From Trichodelitschia bisporula (lineage: Eukaryota): 64,000 nt of DNA. The stretch lies in NCBI GenBank assembly GCA_010356995.1, contig ML996695.1:567061-631060 (forward strand), given 5' to 3'. A model generated the notes under the pieces. The model was not told the origin of the DNA. It saw only the letters and a program-made list of their open reading frames with translations, and ran no database searches. Positions 50,493-64,000 of this stretch are shown here, piece after piece; within the stretch, counting starts at the first letter, position 1, and every line of letters begins with the position of its first letter. The translations under genes were made by a program, and so were the position numbers.

Positions 50493-50958
50493 CAGAGATG
50501 CCAATAATCGATCGATTATCGTTTAGAATCGAAAAATCGATGGATTGATCAAGTAATATCGATCCGATCAGAGTGAAAACATCGATCGAATAATCGAGTA
50601 ATCGATACCCAAAAGGGTAATGATATTTCCTCAACGGGAAGGAAGCCGTGACTTACATAATCCACGTAAGTATTATTAGCTGGCCTATTATATCAGGTGT
50701 AAAGCATTCCAGGTGTTCCTCCACCCTAATTTATTAGGCATCAATAAGGCATCGAGGCTGTAAGGTATCAGCCGCGGGCGAGTAGGCAGTCAGGTGACAC
50801 TTGTATGTAACTAGCTAGTCCCGATTATATGTATATTACCTGATGGGGATTTCTTAATGATAATCGTTATGATCGCGATCCAACGATCGATAACCGTTTT
50901 CTTAACGATCAATCCAATCAAGGTCTGAAAATCGATTGATCGATTATTGGCATCTCTG
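50493..50958. mobile_element. Non-autonomous hAT-type DNA transposon (MITE), 466 bp
   Basis: Perfect 21-bp TIRs CAGAGATGCCAATAATCGATC (50493-50513 / 50938-50958); 8-bp TSD CATCACGC (50485-50492) / CATCATGC (50959-50966); AT-rich interior; subterminal ATCGAT repeats; no transposase ORF. Confidence 0.88.
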
Positions 50959-51001
50959 CATCATGCGGAGCGCGTCTGTTTCCTCGCCCATCTCAACTCC
51001 A

Positions 51002-52304
51002 ATGGTTAGCGCAACTCCCCGCCTTCTTCGCCTGGCGTTCCGCCACCCAGCAACCTTATCTCGTCGTAAGCCCGCGCCCCGCAATCGCGCCCTACGCATG
51101 TTACCCCGCATACTCACTCAACCCCGCAGTCCATCGCGTCCTACACCCCGCACATCATATCTCGCCCCTTCCCCGCGCCCTCTCCACATCCCCCACTCTC
51201 CTCTCAAACAACCCCTCTACGCCACCTACAACAATGGCCGCCCTCCCCACCACCACCGCCTGGTCAACTCCCGGCCCTGCAACCCACGACTTCCGCTCCG
51301 ACGTCGTAACAACGCCGACAGCCTCCATGCTGTCCGCCATCGCCGAAACCACCCTCGGTGACGACGTCTTCCACGAAGACGCCACGACCGCCAATCTGGA
51401 GGCCCACATCGCCGACCTGACCGGCCACGAAGCCGGCCTCTTGGTCATGAGCGGCACAATGGGCAACCAGATCGCCTTGCGCACACACCTAGGCGGGCCG
51501 CCTCACAGCGTGCTCTGCGACGCGCGGTCCCACGTGCTATGCTACGAGGCCGGCGGGGCGGCGAGCCTGTGCGGTGCGCTGGTCGTGGGTGTCGAGCCGA
51601 AGAACGGGATGTGGCTTACGCTGGAGGAGATTCGGGATAAGGCGGTGTTGGACGGGGATGTGCATGGGTGTCCGACGCGGGTTGTTAGTTTAGAGAATAC
51701 GCTGAATGGGGTGCCGATGCCGCTGGGGGAGACGAGGCGGATTGTGGAGTGGGCGCGTGGGGAGGGGATTGTGTGCCATTTGGATGGGGCGAGAGTGTGG
51801 GAGGCGGCGGTGGCGGGGGCGGGGAGCTTGCGGGAGCTGTGTGGGGGGTTTGATAGTGTGAGTTTGTGCTTTAGTAAGGGGTTGGGGGCGCCGATTGGGA
51901 GCGTGTTGGTTGGGAGGAGGGAGTTTATTGCGAAGGCTAGGTGGGTGCGGAAGATGCTTGGGGGAGGACTGAGGCAGGCTGGTGTCATTGCTGCGCCGAT
52001 GATGGTGGCGGTTCAGGAGACGTTCGTGGGTGGGAAGTTGAAGGCGAGCCACGAGATGGCGAAGCGGGTGGAGAAGCTGTGGGTGAGCTTGGGAGGAAGG
52101 GTGAAGTTGCCGGTGGAGACGAATATTGTGTGGTTGGATCTCGAGGCATGTGGATGGGATTATCCGCGGTTCATTGAGCTGGCGAAGAAGCACGGCGTTA
52201 AGATTAGTGGGGCTAGACTCGTGGTGCATTATCAAATTTCGGATGAGGGTGTTAAGGCGTTAGAGGGGATTATGAAGGAGATGCTCCTGGGGGAGACGGC
52301 ATAG
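51002..52304 (+). CDS. GLY1: Low-specificity L-threonine aldolase. Long form exons 51002-51065 + 51130-52304 (412 aa, mitochondrial-type presequence); short form from ATG 51234
   Basis: DFRSDVVT, GDDV, SGTMGNQ, HLDGAR, PLP-lysine motif SLCFSKGLGAPIGS, RKMLGGGLRQAG. Confidence 0.93.
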
Positions 52305-53162
52305 TGGCTTACAGTAAGGTGGCTTCATTATCGTAGCTTCCTGGTCTCTTCAACGCTTGACAAGGAAATTAAGCATTCGAAACCAGCATCACCGAGTCCA
52401 CGGCTCAGAATAAATGACCTCCGACGCGGGCACAGCTTCCAGTCTAAGGTTTACGCCTCGAGTTTGTCTGCTATGGCTTTACCTACGACTCCGAACCCCA
52501 ATACTCAGCGGCCGAAGCAGCCGAAACCGCTGCCTCCGAGGCGGTCCCCGCCGAAGCCGAGGCCGAATATCTAGGGGGGGTTGGAATGGCTCTATTCGGG
52601 TTGAGTAGCAATGGGTAGATAAGACAAGCCTCGTAAGCGTCATGATGGGATGACTGCTTCCTTCATTGGCTAGCTAGTATTGAGATCTTTCTGATTGCCG
52701 ACTTCCTACGTGCTTTGTGATATTAGCTCATTGCCCGTGATACGTTCAGGCAGTTTTGAAAATGGAGAAGGGGTTGACGACACCATAGCAAGGTTGCAGC
52801 TACAATGGAAATGTGCTCTTCTTTTAAGGTCGGTTCGAACATACGCACACGGAGCGATCAGAAGCCGATTCTTGTCGATGCTGAATTTGTGAAGATCGTC
52901 GGGGCGAAGCCTCGTTGTATTCGACCTCAATTTGCAGCCCTTCTATCAAAGATATACGTTCTGATTGATAAAACATGGGGGGCTATTGAAGACGTTGTGG
53001 TAGTTTGGAAACACAGCTTCCAGCCGCGAAGTTGTGTGGGCTTTCCCCTCGGTCACGCATGTCGTCAGCTCAAGCAGCGCCGCCAAGACTCAGCCCAGAC
53101 CACCGCCGGCGCAACGACAACTGAAGCTCCTCCTCGTCCACCAACTCACCGAAACCGACACC

Positions 53163-53821
53163 ATGCCAATGCCGCGGAGAGCTGCCATTCAAGCGGCACG
53201 GAGCCTGCTGCGCCAGCAGCCGCGGCGGTACGCCAGCCACGAGGCGCACGGCGCGCACGCTGAAGCCGCCACGGAGTCGTTCGGCGTAAGGAAGCCTCAC
53301 AAGGTCGTCTCTCGCATTGCGAAGCTAACACCCGGGTGCGCTGTGTAGAAAGGCTTCTATCTTACGCTTGCTGCCATTCCAGCGTCGTACTTCGTGTATG
53401 CGGCGTCCCGCGGCGACACGTGGTTCACGGACTACCTCCGGTCCTACGAGAGCTGGAACAAGACGTGGGAGGAGCGTAACGCGCTGCATACGACTATGGT
53501 TGAGCAGGCGGGTGCGGATCGACTGCTCTTCTTGAACTCTAAGGGTGCTGAGGCGAATCGCTGGGTGGACTTGCATTTCGAAGAGTGGGTGCTTCCGCAG
53601 CAGCAATATGCCGCTATTTGCAGCACTGACACCGTAATAGGGCCCTCAACTCTGGTTCCCCCTTCAATGTGCCTGCTGGCCACTACGCCAACGTTGACAA
53701 GGTCGTCGCCCATTACAGGAAGCAGAATGAGGAGGAGGACCAGGCCCGCATCGAGCGTACAAGCAAGAACCGGCCTATTGACCCCAAGCTTGCCAGTGTG
53801 GGTTACACATCCGGTGTTTGA
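53163..53821 (+). CDS. NADH:ubiquinone oxidoreductase 17.8 kDa accessory subunit (fungal), 179 aa. Exons 53163-53285, 53349-53584, 53641-53821
   Basis: Arg-rich presequence ending RRYASH, single TM, WEERNALHT.MVEQAGADRLLF, GSPFNVPAG. Confidence 0.85.
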
Positions 53822-54628
53822 GCCAACTATTTTTGCTAGATGTACATAACGAGGTATTGAGGCGCCTTGCTCAAACATGTGCTTTTGGGAGTCGGCGATT
53901 CTTCGCTTCCTTGAATCGATGGTTTTCTTAAAAGCCGGCCACACTCCTACCGACATTTTGGAGTCGTGCAAAATTCGAAACATTCTACAGCGATAAGCCG
54001 AGACGAATTTTGTGAGCCGCCAGTGAGCCATGGCGATGCATACTGGGCAGCTAAATGGCAGCATCACCGCGGCACGAGTGCATGATTAAGAGTAAAACGA
54101 AAGGCAAAGAACAAGAAAAGGTGAGTGGCGGGACCGCTCATAGCTACTACCTATTCCTTCCAGGAAGACGAATGCTCCTTCCTTGGTGCACATCAGTGGT
54201 GAAGATATAAATATTCGAAAGCCGAACTCACTACCGCTATTTCCATGCCATCGATAACATCCCGTATGGTTGTGGAATGCCTCTTGCCTTTCCACGGTCT
54301 CTAGCTGCTCAATCCTTACTTTGTCCGTCGGAGCAAGTACTGTCAACATCCTCATTTTAGAACGGGTTCGTGGTCATCTACAGAGCCTTATTCATGTCCG
54401 CTCGCTAAGTCTATCCTCTACCCAATATGTCTCGCTGCAAGGGCTGAATCTAGCGTTTACAGAGGGCCGTATGCATCATGTCCAGCAGTCACAGCTTGAC
54501 GCAGCATCTTCAGACCTCAACCTCATCAGCATCCAAGACATATCCCAGACTGTCGCAGCCTGCAGCCGCGTGTCCTTAAGATTACCACCACGTAAACCAC
54601 TCAGTCCCAAGCACAGCAATCCTCCACC

Positions 54629-56448
54629 CTAACGGACCGCATCTGTGGGGCCGTGCCTGCTGTGGGGCCTGCACTCCAACTCATCCCAGCGTCCAGTATC
54701 CTCCACAACCCCCCGTGCCACCCCATCCACAGCCAGCCTATCCTCATCCCCAAGCGGCTCCCTCACCACCCTGTCCGCCGGCGAAAACCATGCCCACCGG
54801 GCACTAGCCCACCAACACCCCTCCCCAAGAACCAACCCCCCCACCAGCACCACAGGCGCCCAATTCAACTCCGCAACCCAACCCCCCCACCGCCCCACCG
54901 GCCTTGCAGGAAAGCACACCACCACAACCGCAACCGCGAGTCCCACCGCCACCGCCCCGTAAACCACACCTTTTACCGACGACGTCAACGCCCAGCGGCT
55001 CCGATCCGCCGGCGCGCGCACCGCCGCCATCCCAGCAGGCGCCAGATAACTCAGCAGCAGCGCCAGGGCGCCGAACTGCGCCGTCGCGGCGTAGGGAACG
55101 GTTGAAGTGGTGTTGGCGATGCACAGCCCGCTCGTCAGGACGCATGTTATCGCGAGCGCGGCGATTGGGATACGCGACCCGGCGACGCGGTCCACCTGCA
55201 TGCGTTAGAACTAGGTCAAGGGTTAGGGTTACCGGGGGGTGGGGGCCATACCGTCTGTGCGCCGTGCAACCACGCCAGTCCGCCGTCCCGCGCAAAGGCC
55301 CAGAGAACGCGGCTCGCGACCGTGGCGCGGGCAACCGCACTCCCGATACTGAGCCCGATCATCATTACGCTCAAAAAAATCGTCGCGGTCCGCCCGCTCA
55401 CCGCGCTAAACAGCGCTACGTAACTCGCCGCTGGCGCGGGCGGCGTCCTCGGCAGGGGCTGCAGCGAAAGCATGACCGCCATCCCGAGGCCGAGGAGCGC
55501 ATTTCCCAGTACGGAGATGTAGATCGCGCGCGGCGACGTTACGGAACTGTCCCGCGTTTCCTCTGCCATGTGCGCTGCGGCATCGGCGCCTGTGATGTCA
55601 GCGCGCGGGTTAGGTGAGGAAGAAGAGGGTATACGCACCAAGGTATGCGGCCATAGCCGGGCCGACTCCAAGCAGCGCTGCGCCCCACGGACTCGTCCAA
55701 GGCCCGGCTTCGATGCGCGGGAACGCCTTCACGCCACCGGGCTTTATTCCGCCGGACAGCGCCCAGCCCACACTTATAGCAGCACCGATGTGCATACCCG
55801 CCCACCCAGCACTGAGCCTGGGAAGCACGCGGTAGAAGCGCGTGTTCGCCAACACGGCAACGACGGCGATGCACGTGCCGAAGATAGCGGCGTGCCAGGT
55901 TATGAACCGGTCCGGCGCGTTCGCGTTGCATGCTGCCAGCGTTTCGATTTCTGTGGCTGCGGCGAAGGTGGAGCTCGCGGCTAGCGCTTGCCAGGCGAGC
56001 ACGGCGAGGAACCCGACGTGGTAGCTGGCTTTTTGCGCGTGGGTGCGGGGCGCAAGGCGCGAGAGCCAGGCTGCCTGCCCGGCGGATGAGGGGGTGGTGC
56101 GGGTGAGGTGGGCGAGGGGGAGGGTGGTTAGGCTTATGAGCGAGGCGGCGGCGATGTTGGCTATCAGCATACCACCTGGGCCGGAGGTGGCGAGCTGGGT
56201 GTGTGCGGTGCTAAGGGGGAGGTTAGTGGCTGGTTTATTAGGAGTAAAGTTGGGGGGGCAAACCGGAGGAGCGCCTCCCAGGTGCTCATTGCTACTATCG
56301 CGAAACTGACGGCGGTGGTTAGTACCCATCTGCGATAGAAGGCTTCAGGGTAGTTCATTTGGCGCATGGCGATTTCATTGGCGTGCGTCCCTTCACGTTG
56401 GAGGGACCCAGGCTCGGAGGACATATCGAAAGGAGAGGGGAGTGACAT
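54629..56448 (-). CDS. APC-superfamily amino acid/choline/GABA-type permease, 553 aa. Exons 56448-56264, 56210-55639, 55589-55252, 55195-54629
   Basis: GPGG, PSSAGQAAW, GADAAAHMAEE, ASRVLWAFARDGGL, LNWAPVV; many TM helices; introns restore one continuous frame. Confidence 0.85.
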
Positions 56449-57235
56449 TTTGGGTGGAGATGTGGATGTGGTGAGGAAGAGGTGTGGAGGCGGAGAGTTT
56501 TGTAGAGAGAGGAGAGTTTTGTAGGGAGATGGTGTTAGATAGTGAGAACGGTTGGAAAGTAGTGCGAGTTGGGGAGAACGAGGTGGAACTTTAGTGGAAG
56601 TGGGCGCATCTGAAGAACCATCGGTAAACAGAGCGGCGGTGTTGGCGACGCGGACTGCGGGCGGCGCGACGGTGTTGCCATTGTTGTTCGTTGACAGACA
56701 GATTCCATATGGTTCGGTCGGATGAATGATCGAAGGACGCGTCTCGTCTTCAGTGAGTTCAGCTGAGTACCAGTATCGATATAGACTCAAGGGATGGAGG
56801 ACCTAAGATGGGATGCCATCTTAACCTTTTAGCAGATGGGACAACAGAGGAAGGGAACGATATCAGAATATTACGACACGCAGCACATGATGCTGCATGA
56901 TCATTGAGCATGAAGGGGTTGGTGAGTATAATGGTACCCCTAAAGGCCAACCATATACAAGGCAGATTTTCTGAAGTTCCGTAGTCCAGGACCAACGTCG
57001 GAAACAGATCAGGAGCTCGAAATGGGGTAAACAGCCAGCATATATTCGACCCGGAGGGGCGGATCACAGCAAATGCCCATCGGCGCCATATAGCAAGTAC
57101 AACTGCCAGAGTCAGTAGTGCTCAGACTACCGTAGCTCAAGGTGATATACTCAAGCTGCATCCAAGTCACGCCTCGACTCCTTACTCCCCAACCCTCGTC
57201 CCTCCAGCTGATATGGTACAGTCCAACACCCACGC

Positions 57236-60200
57236 CTAACCGTCCAAAATCCCACTCTCCTTCAGATTCTTGAACAGCTCCGGCTCCAGGAACTTGCTAA
57301 TCGTAATGTCCTCCGCCAACCCCTTCCGCCTCCTCGTCTTAAGCACAAAATCGCGCGCCGTCGCCTGCGCACTCGCGGGCTCCAGCGGCCGTAGCTTGAC
57401 GTCGCGATCTAGCGGGTCGCCAGGGACGATGCTCCAGCGGTCGAACACCAGGGACACGGTTGCTTGGCCTTGAGTGTGGATCTGCACGCCAAAAATCAGT
57501 CATTGCGCGATACCGCGGAAACGCAAAACTTACCCGCAGGTCCGTCTCAAACCCAAAAGAATCAATCACAGGAATCAACCCCTTGACCTGATACAGCGGC
57601 GTCCCCGCAATCGGCCCATCCTGCAGTACATGCCCCCTGCGCCGCGCAAGCACCGTATACACACTGCTCACCGCGTCCGCGGGCCCGGTCATACTGCACG
57701 AATACACGGGCTCCATGAGCCGCGGACTCGCCATCAGGAAACTGCTGTAGCACGCGCGGCGCGCGGTGGGGATGATCTGCCCGCCGCCGCGGAAGATGGC
57801 TTCGGGCGCGAGGTCGATGTCGGTGAGGCGGAACTTGGTGTTGCGAATCGGTTCCTCGCACAGCGGGCCTTCGCGCGTGGCCCAGCTGAAGCCCTGCCGC
57901 ACGGTATCGCGGACGGCGCGCAGGGTCTTCTGGTCGACGTCCGAGGGCAACGTGTCGTTTTGCAGGATATTGGGCCCCATGTCGTCGGGGCCAAAGGCCC
58001 AGATGTTACGGCTCGCAAGCAAGTCGTACCCGTAAGTTTCCTCGAAGAACTTACCCACCACGCGGGCCGGGTCCTTGATGTTCACGCGCCCGGCCTCGAT
58101 GTCCTCGGCGATACCCGGGTCGAGGGGCTCGGCGACCATGGTGAGTTTGTTTTTCTTGTTGGGGGTGACGGCGAAGCATTTTATGGCGGAGGTTTCGACG
58201 ACGGTTTCGCAGAAACGGGTTACTGGGTCGGAGACTTTGACTTCCATGTCGGCGTAGAGGCGGCGCAGGTCGTGCAGGACGCAGTCCATGTAGAGCTCGC
58301 CGGTGCCGAGGATGATGTGCTCGCCTGACTCTTCGACTTTGGTGGTGACTAGAGGGAAGCTCTTGTTGACCTTGCGCAGGCCGTCTAACATCTTCGGCAG
58401 CTCCGATGGGTTGATGGGCTCGACGGCGACCTTGAAGACGGACTCGAAGAAGTGTCGGATGGGTTTGAAGATGTATGCGTCTTCGTTGTCCGGGAGCTTC
58501 GTGTCGACGATGGTGGCAGTCTTGACGATGGAGTTGTCCACGCCGCTCAGGAGCACCCAGTTACCCGCCGGAACGCCGGAGGTCGGGATATTGTAGCGGG
58601 ACTCAGCGATCCAGGTGTCTTTGATGGTGGCCGTCACCATGTCTTCTTCATCATCGATGGTGTATCCCTCACCGAGGACACGGACCTGCTGTCCCGGCTT
58701 TGCCGTGCCGCTGACAACCCTCGCAAACGCGTTGAAGCTCTGAGCATCAACGGTATTGAACAACTTGGTGACGTGCATCACCAGTGGTCCATCCTGATCG
58801 CAGGACTCCATGGCAGCGGCCGTCTTAGTGTCAAGGGGTCCGGTGTAGTAGCGGCTGAGGAAGCGCTTCGCCGCCTCCTTCGGCGAGGGAACATGCTCCA
58901 CAACCATATCGACAAAGCCATGCGCCGGTCCAAAGAACTGCTCACAGACGAGCTTCAGCAGTACTTTGGCATCCGTCTTGTACTGCGACGGCTTCAGTTC
59001 AATGCCCAGCGTGGCAAGAGTGTCGGCCAGATCTTCGGGGTTCTCGCTTATGGTGTGTGAGAAAAGCTTGTAGATGGGTTCGAGCACAAAGTTGACAAAG
59101 GAGCGCTTCGACCGCTCCTCCATTCCTTTGCGGGTGAACTTTCTGCTGCGCGGGTTGAAGAAGATGTCGCCCCATAAGCGCCTGGCGAACTCTGAGGGAT
59201 CCACACCGGGATATTGCTCCGCATACATCTTCGCAAACGACCGCAGCGTGAAGCACCAGCCCATGCTCGTACAGGCAAATGCGACATTGCCCTTCTCGGG
59301 ACTCAGTCGCCGCTTTTCGCCCTGGCCGGGTAGTGTGTTCTCGATGACGGTATTGACCTCCTCAACGACGTGCTTCAGCTTGAAGTACGCGTCCGCAGGC
59401 GGCAGCTTAAGCTCCAAGATGAGACGATCCACCTTGTTGATGACAAGGACCATGGGTAAATCCTCCATGACGGCGTGCTTGATGATGAGCTCCGTATGTG
59501 TTTGGACGCCTTCTACAACATCGACCACCAGGACCACGCCGTCTGCTATTCTCAACGACGCCGCCACCTCGTCGGCAAAGTTGACATGCCCCGGCGTGTC
59601 GATGATATTGACCAGATGTGACTTCCCCTTGCTCGTTGTAAGCACCAGGCTCATGGGCGAAGCCTTGATGGACACGCCACGCTCCCGCTCCAATTCCTGT
59701 GTGTCCGTATAGCGCAACTGTTCCTCTCTCTTTCTACCCCGCTTCTTGTCCAATCGGTCCTGGATGTCATGTGTCTCCATCACCAACATGTCCACAAAGG
59801 CCGTCTTCCCGTGGTGCAGATGGCCAGCGATTGCGACATTGCGAATATCTTCGGGATAGTTCATCAAGTCGGTCAGGTACTCGCGGGAGAAGTAGACGGG
59901 CGGCAAGTCAGCCTCCTCAATCGAAAACTTCTTCTGGACAATAGGCGCAATGATGGGCTGAGCGAGTGACTGCGTGTCCTCCTCTTGCACCAGGGTTTCG
60001 ACATCGGCGCCGTAGACTTGTTGCGCCGTCGGGTAGTATTGCTTGTCTTCGTGGAGGATCACAGCGTTGGACGGTCCCTCGTCAACCTCCATAAGCTGTT
60101 GGTCGTTGACCACCTCCTCATCCTCGGCTTCCTCATCGTGAATGTACGCGTCGGCCGCCTGGTCGCCCTGGTCGGAAGCCTCGTCGGAGTCGGCATCGCC

Positions 60201-60282
60201 GAGATAATTGCCAAACCTGCAGGGTGTTAGGAAGGGTGAGATTGGGAGGAATAGGGACCTACTCGTCGTAAGCCTCATCCAT
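57236..60282 (-). CDS. SNU114: U5 snRNP EF-2-like GTPase Snu114/EFTUD2, 982 aa. Exons 60282-60263, 60216-57534, 57481-57236
   Basis: MDEAYDEFGNYLG, acidic N-terminus, GHLHHGKT, DTPGHVNF, NKVD, GGGQIIPT, ARDFVLKTRRRKGL. Confidence 0.97.
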
Positions 60283-60941
60283 GGTGGGCTAGATTGGATT
60301 AGGTTGAGAAGGAGGTGCTTGAGGTAGCTTGCTTCGATGCGCATCACTCTTCCAGAAATTCACGACGCGCCTCTGATGGCGTCGGCGAAATAGCTCCTCC
60401 AGCCTCCGGAGGCCGCGGGGGTCACTGTGGCTAGTGGCTTGTCGATCATGTGCACGGACCATCAGGGTATTCGGGTTATGCCCCGCCACGCCCCGCCACA
60501 TCTCACCTCACCGCTGGTGTTGCTTGCTATCGATAACGCAGAAAAAAAGAGACGAGATCTGAAGAATATGAATATATTGTACGATAGTCGGGTTGGTTTG
60601 TCCACTCCTGTGTTTCTAAAGACAAGAAGGGAAATGGACGAGGATGTGGCTTCGTTGTGATTAGTTATGACCAGCCTCATCCTGCACCCCGCAGCGCTGA
60701 AAAGGGACATCAGCGGTGGCGGGGCCGCGGAGAGGGGGAGAAGTGTTGGGCAGTGGGGAACGCCATGGCTTGTTGGTCCCCTGCGGGAACGAACGACAAG
60801 CTCCAACAGATATTTTAGTTCTTAAGCTGTGCCTGTTGACTACTCCCATCTCCACACCCTTCCTCTATCCCCTCATACGTCTTCGTGGTATCTTCTCTCC
60901 TCCACTCCCTTCGCGATATCCTACTCTCCTCATCCTCCAAA

Positions 60942-62296
<1,355 letters not shown>

Positions 62297-62430
62297 ATAC
62301 CGGCATGGGACACAAAAGTAGTCTGGCTGGGGTGATATCACGAGGCTAGACAATGTGATCTGACTCTAATGAACTGATGCATCGCAAGTCCACGATATCC
62401 CCGAGCTCGACAATACGATCTGCCTCTTAA

Positions 62431-64000
62431 TCACATATCCACCATATCTCCCAGCATAATCCTCTGCCACTTCTCCACTACCTCATGACACCTCACCACC
62501 ACCGCAGCCGCTAACATCCTCACCCGCTCCCCCTCCTCATCCCCTCCGGCCCTCCCCTCCAACACCCCCTTAGCCCACTCCTGCGTCTCCAGCAACTCCC
62601 TCGCATGCTCCCGCGCCAACCTCTCCTTATCCTCATTAACCTCCAGCAACGTCAGGAAGGCGAACAACAGCCCCTCCAAAACCCCGACATCACCGCTACT
62701 CACCGCTGGCCCCCGCACCGACAGGAGCAGCTCCCACATCTCGCGCGTCATCTCCGGCAACATAACCGTGCTCGGGCCGGAGGCATGGATTAGCAGCGCC
62801 AGCGTGCGCAGGTAGGCGGGCAGCAGGTGCGGGGAGAAATACATCGACGCCGTGCCATGGGCCTGCACATTCGCCCACCACCCGCCCGTAAGCGGGAAAA
62901 AGAAATCGCGCGCCACGACGCGGGCCAGCGCGTTGGGAATCGGCTTCTTGCGCTTCTTCTCCACTTCCATGCGGCTGCTGAAGGTGCGCACTTTCAGCAC
63001 GTTCGGGCCGGACATTTGATCTGCGGCGTTGAGGGCGAGGGGCTCGACCATGAGCTTCTCTAATTTGGCAGTCACGCGGTCGACCGGCTTGCTGTCGCTG
63101 TATAACTTCTCCAGATGCGCCGGGAGACGCTTGCTCGGGAACGCCGGCGCTGCAGGCGCGCCCTCCTCCTTATCCGTAAAGCCGGCGAGTTCGCGCGCGC
63201 CCAGGCCCAGCGCTGCGAGGATGGCGTTGCGCTGCTGGAGACTGTAATCGCCGCCGAAGAACGAGCGCACGAGGTACGGGCCCACGATATCCGGCAGCGC
63301 CACGACGAGGGCTACCAGAGCCGCCTGGCGCAGCTTGGCGAAATCGGGGAGGTCGAAGACGTCGTGCAGGCCGACGAGGAGGCTGGTGAGCTCTTCGGCG
63401 TGATCGCTGATTTCCTTGCCGAAGCCGGTTTTGCGCCGGATGAGGGGGGCGGCGGTGGAGAGGGAGAGGTAGTGCCGGTCGTAGGATTCGGAGTCGCGGA
63501 GGCCGGCGAGCAAGTCCCGGATATATACTAGAGCGCGGGGCTTGTTGCGTTGGATCATGGTGGGGTCGTCGTCTGAGTCTTCGGGGTCGGAATCGGGCTT
63601 GTCGTACGGCACCAGATCGTCGTCTGAGTCTTCATCGACTATCTCGATGATTCTCGGCCCCGTAATCTGAGTACTTGATTTCGGCTGTTTGGACTGCTGT
63701 TTGGGCGCTACCGGTGGAGCGCGCTTCTTGGGGGTCACTTTTGGGACAGTGGGCTCAACACGAGCTTTTCGGATGTTGTCGATGCTTCCCGGCTTGTCGT
63801 CCACTTGAGCCAGTGCCTGGTACCACTCTGCCTCGGGCGTCTCCAAGGACTCGTCTGTGAACACCAGCCTGGCATCCGGCTTGTCGACCATTTCGGATAT
63901 TTTCATCGCGACAATCATCCCGAGCCAGCGCGCCCGAGGAGATCCAGCCGACAGCCGATTCGAGACTCCATGGGTGTGCATGCTCGACTTCACCAACGTA
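62431..64000 (-). CDS. TEL2: Tel2 (TTT complex) C-terminal part; 5' end lies beyond the window
   Basis: HGVSNRL..RARWLGMIVA, acidic DSDPEDSDDDP motif, VYIRDL, FFGGDYSLQQR. Confidence 0.9.
   Translation of the reverse strand, partial: TLVKSSMHTHGVSNRLSAGSPRARWLGMIVAMKISEMVDKPDARLVFTDESLETPEAEWYQALAQVDDKPGSIDNIRKARVEPTVPKVTPKKRAPPVAPKQQSKQPKSSTQITGPRIIEIVDEDSDDDLVPYDKPDSDPEDSDDDPTMIQRNKPRALVYIRDLLAGLRDSESYDRHYLSLSTAAPLIRRKTGFGKEISDHAEELTSLLVGLHDVFDLPDFAKLRQAALVALVVALPDIVGPYLVRSFFGGDYSLQQRNAILAALGLGARELAGFTDKEEGAPAAPAFPSKRLPAHLEKLYSDSKPVDRVTAKLEKLMVEPLALNAADQMSGPNVLKVRTFSSRMEVEKKRKKPIPNALARVVARDFFFPLTGGWWANVQAHGTASMYFSPHLLPAYLRTLALLIHASGPSTVMLPEMTREMWELLLSVRGPAVSSGDVGVLEGLLFAFLTLLEVNEDKERLAREHARELLETQEWAKGVLEGRAGGDEEGERVRMLAAAVVVRCHEVVEKWQRIMLGDMVDM

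Noticed and set aside
55219..55231. Two TTAGGG-like units in a permease intron
   Set aside because: Only about two units, resembling CTAAC branch-point sequence on the sense strand; not a telomeric array
57339..57533. Aberrant SNU114 termini in the ORF track
   Set aside because: Caused by unspliced introns; the spliced model gives normal ends
60885..60941. N-terminal extension of ERG10 from a GTG codon, and stop readthrough to a PTS1
   Set aside because: No ATG or presequence character upstream; the readthrough peptide does not end in an SKL-like signal

Overview
Gene-dense window from a filamentous ascomycete (Pezizomycotina-type). Introns are short (~45-60 nt) with CTRAC branch points. 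I rebuilt about 20 protein-coding genes by hand-splicing: WSS1 (partial), RAD53/CHK2, three related C2H2 zinc-finger factors, EMC3, SPC2, a DUF3074/START-like protein, a DUF676-type hydrolase, sterol O-acyltransferase, AP-1 gamma adaptin, an F-box/LRR protein, a TGL1/YEH-type lipase, threonine aldolase, the complex I 17.8 kDa subunit, an APC permease, SNU114, ERG10, TEL2 (partial) and two hypothetical proteins. Main points of interest: (1) a 466-bp hAT-type MITE (21-bp TIRs, 8-bp TSD) directly upstream of a hidden GLY1 exon that encodes a mitochondrial-type presequence; (2) a 181-nt EMC3 intron that folds by eye into a cloverleaf; (3) an apparent GG-AG intron in gamma-adaptin and a GC-AG intron in the sterol acyltransferase; (4) three related C2H2 factors within 17 kb. 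I recognised no tRNA, rRNA or CRISPR. All identifications come from motif recognition; no database searches were run.
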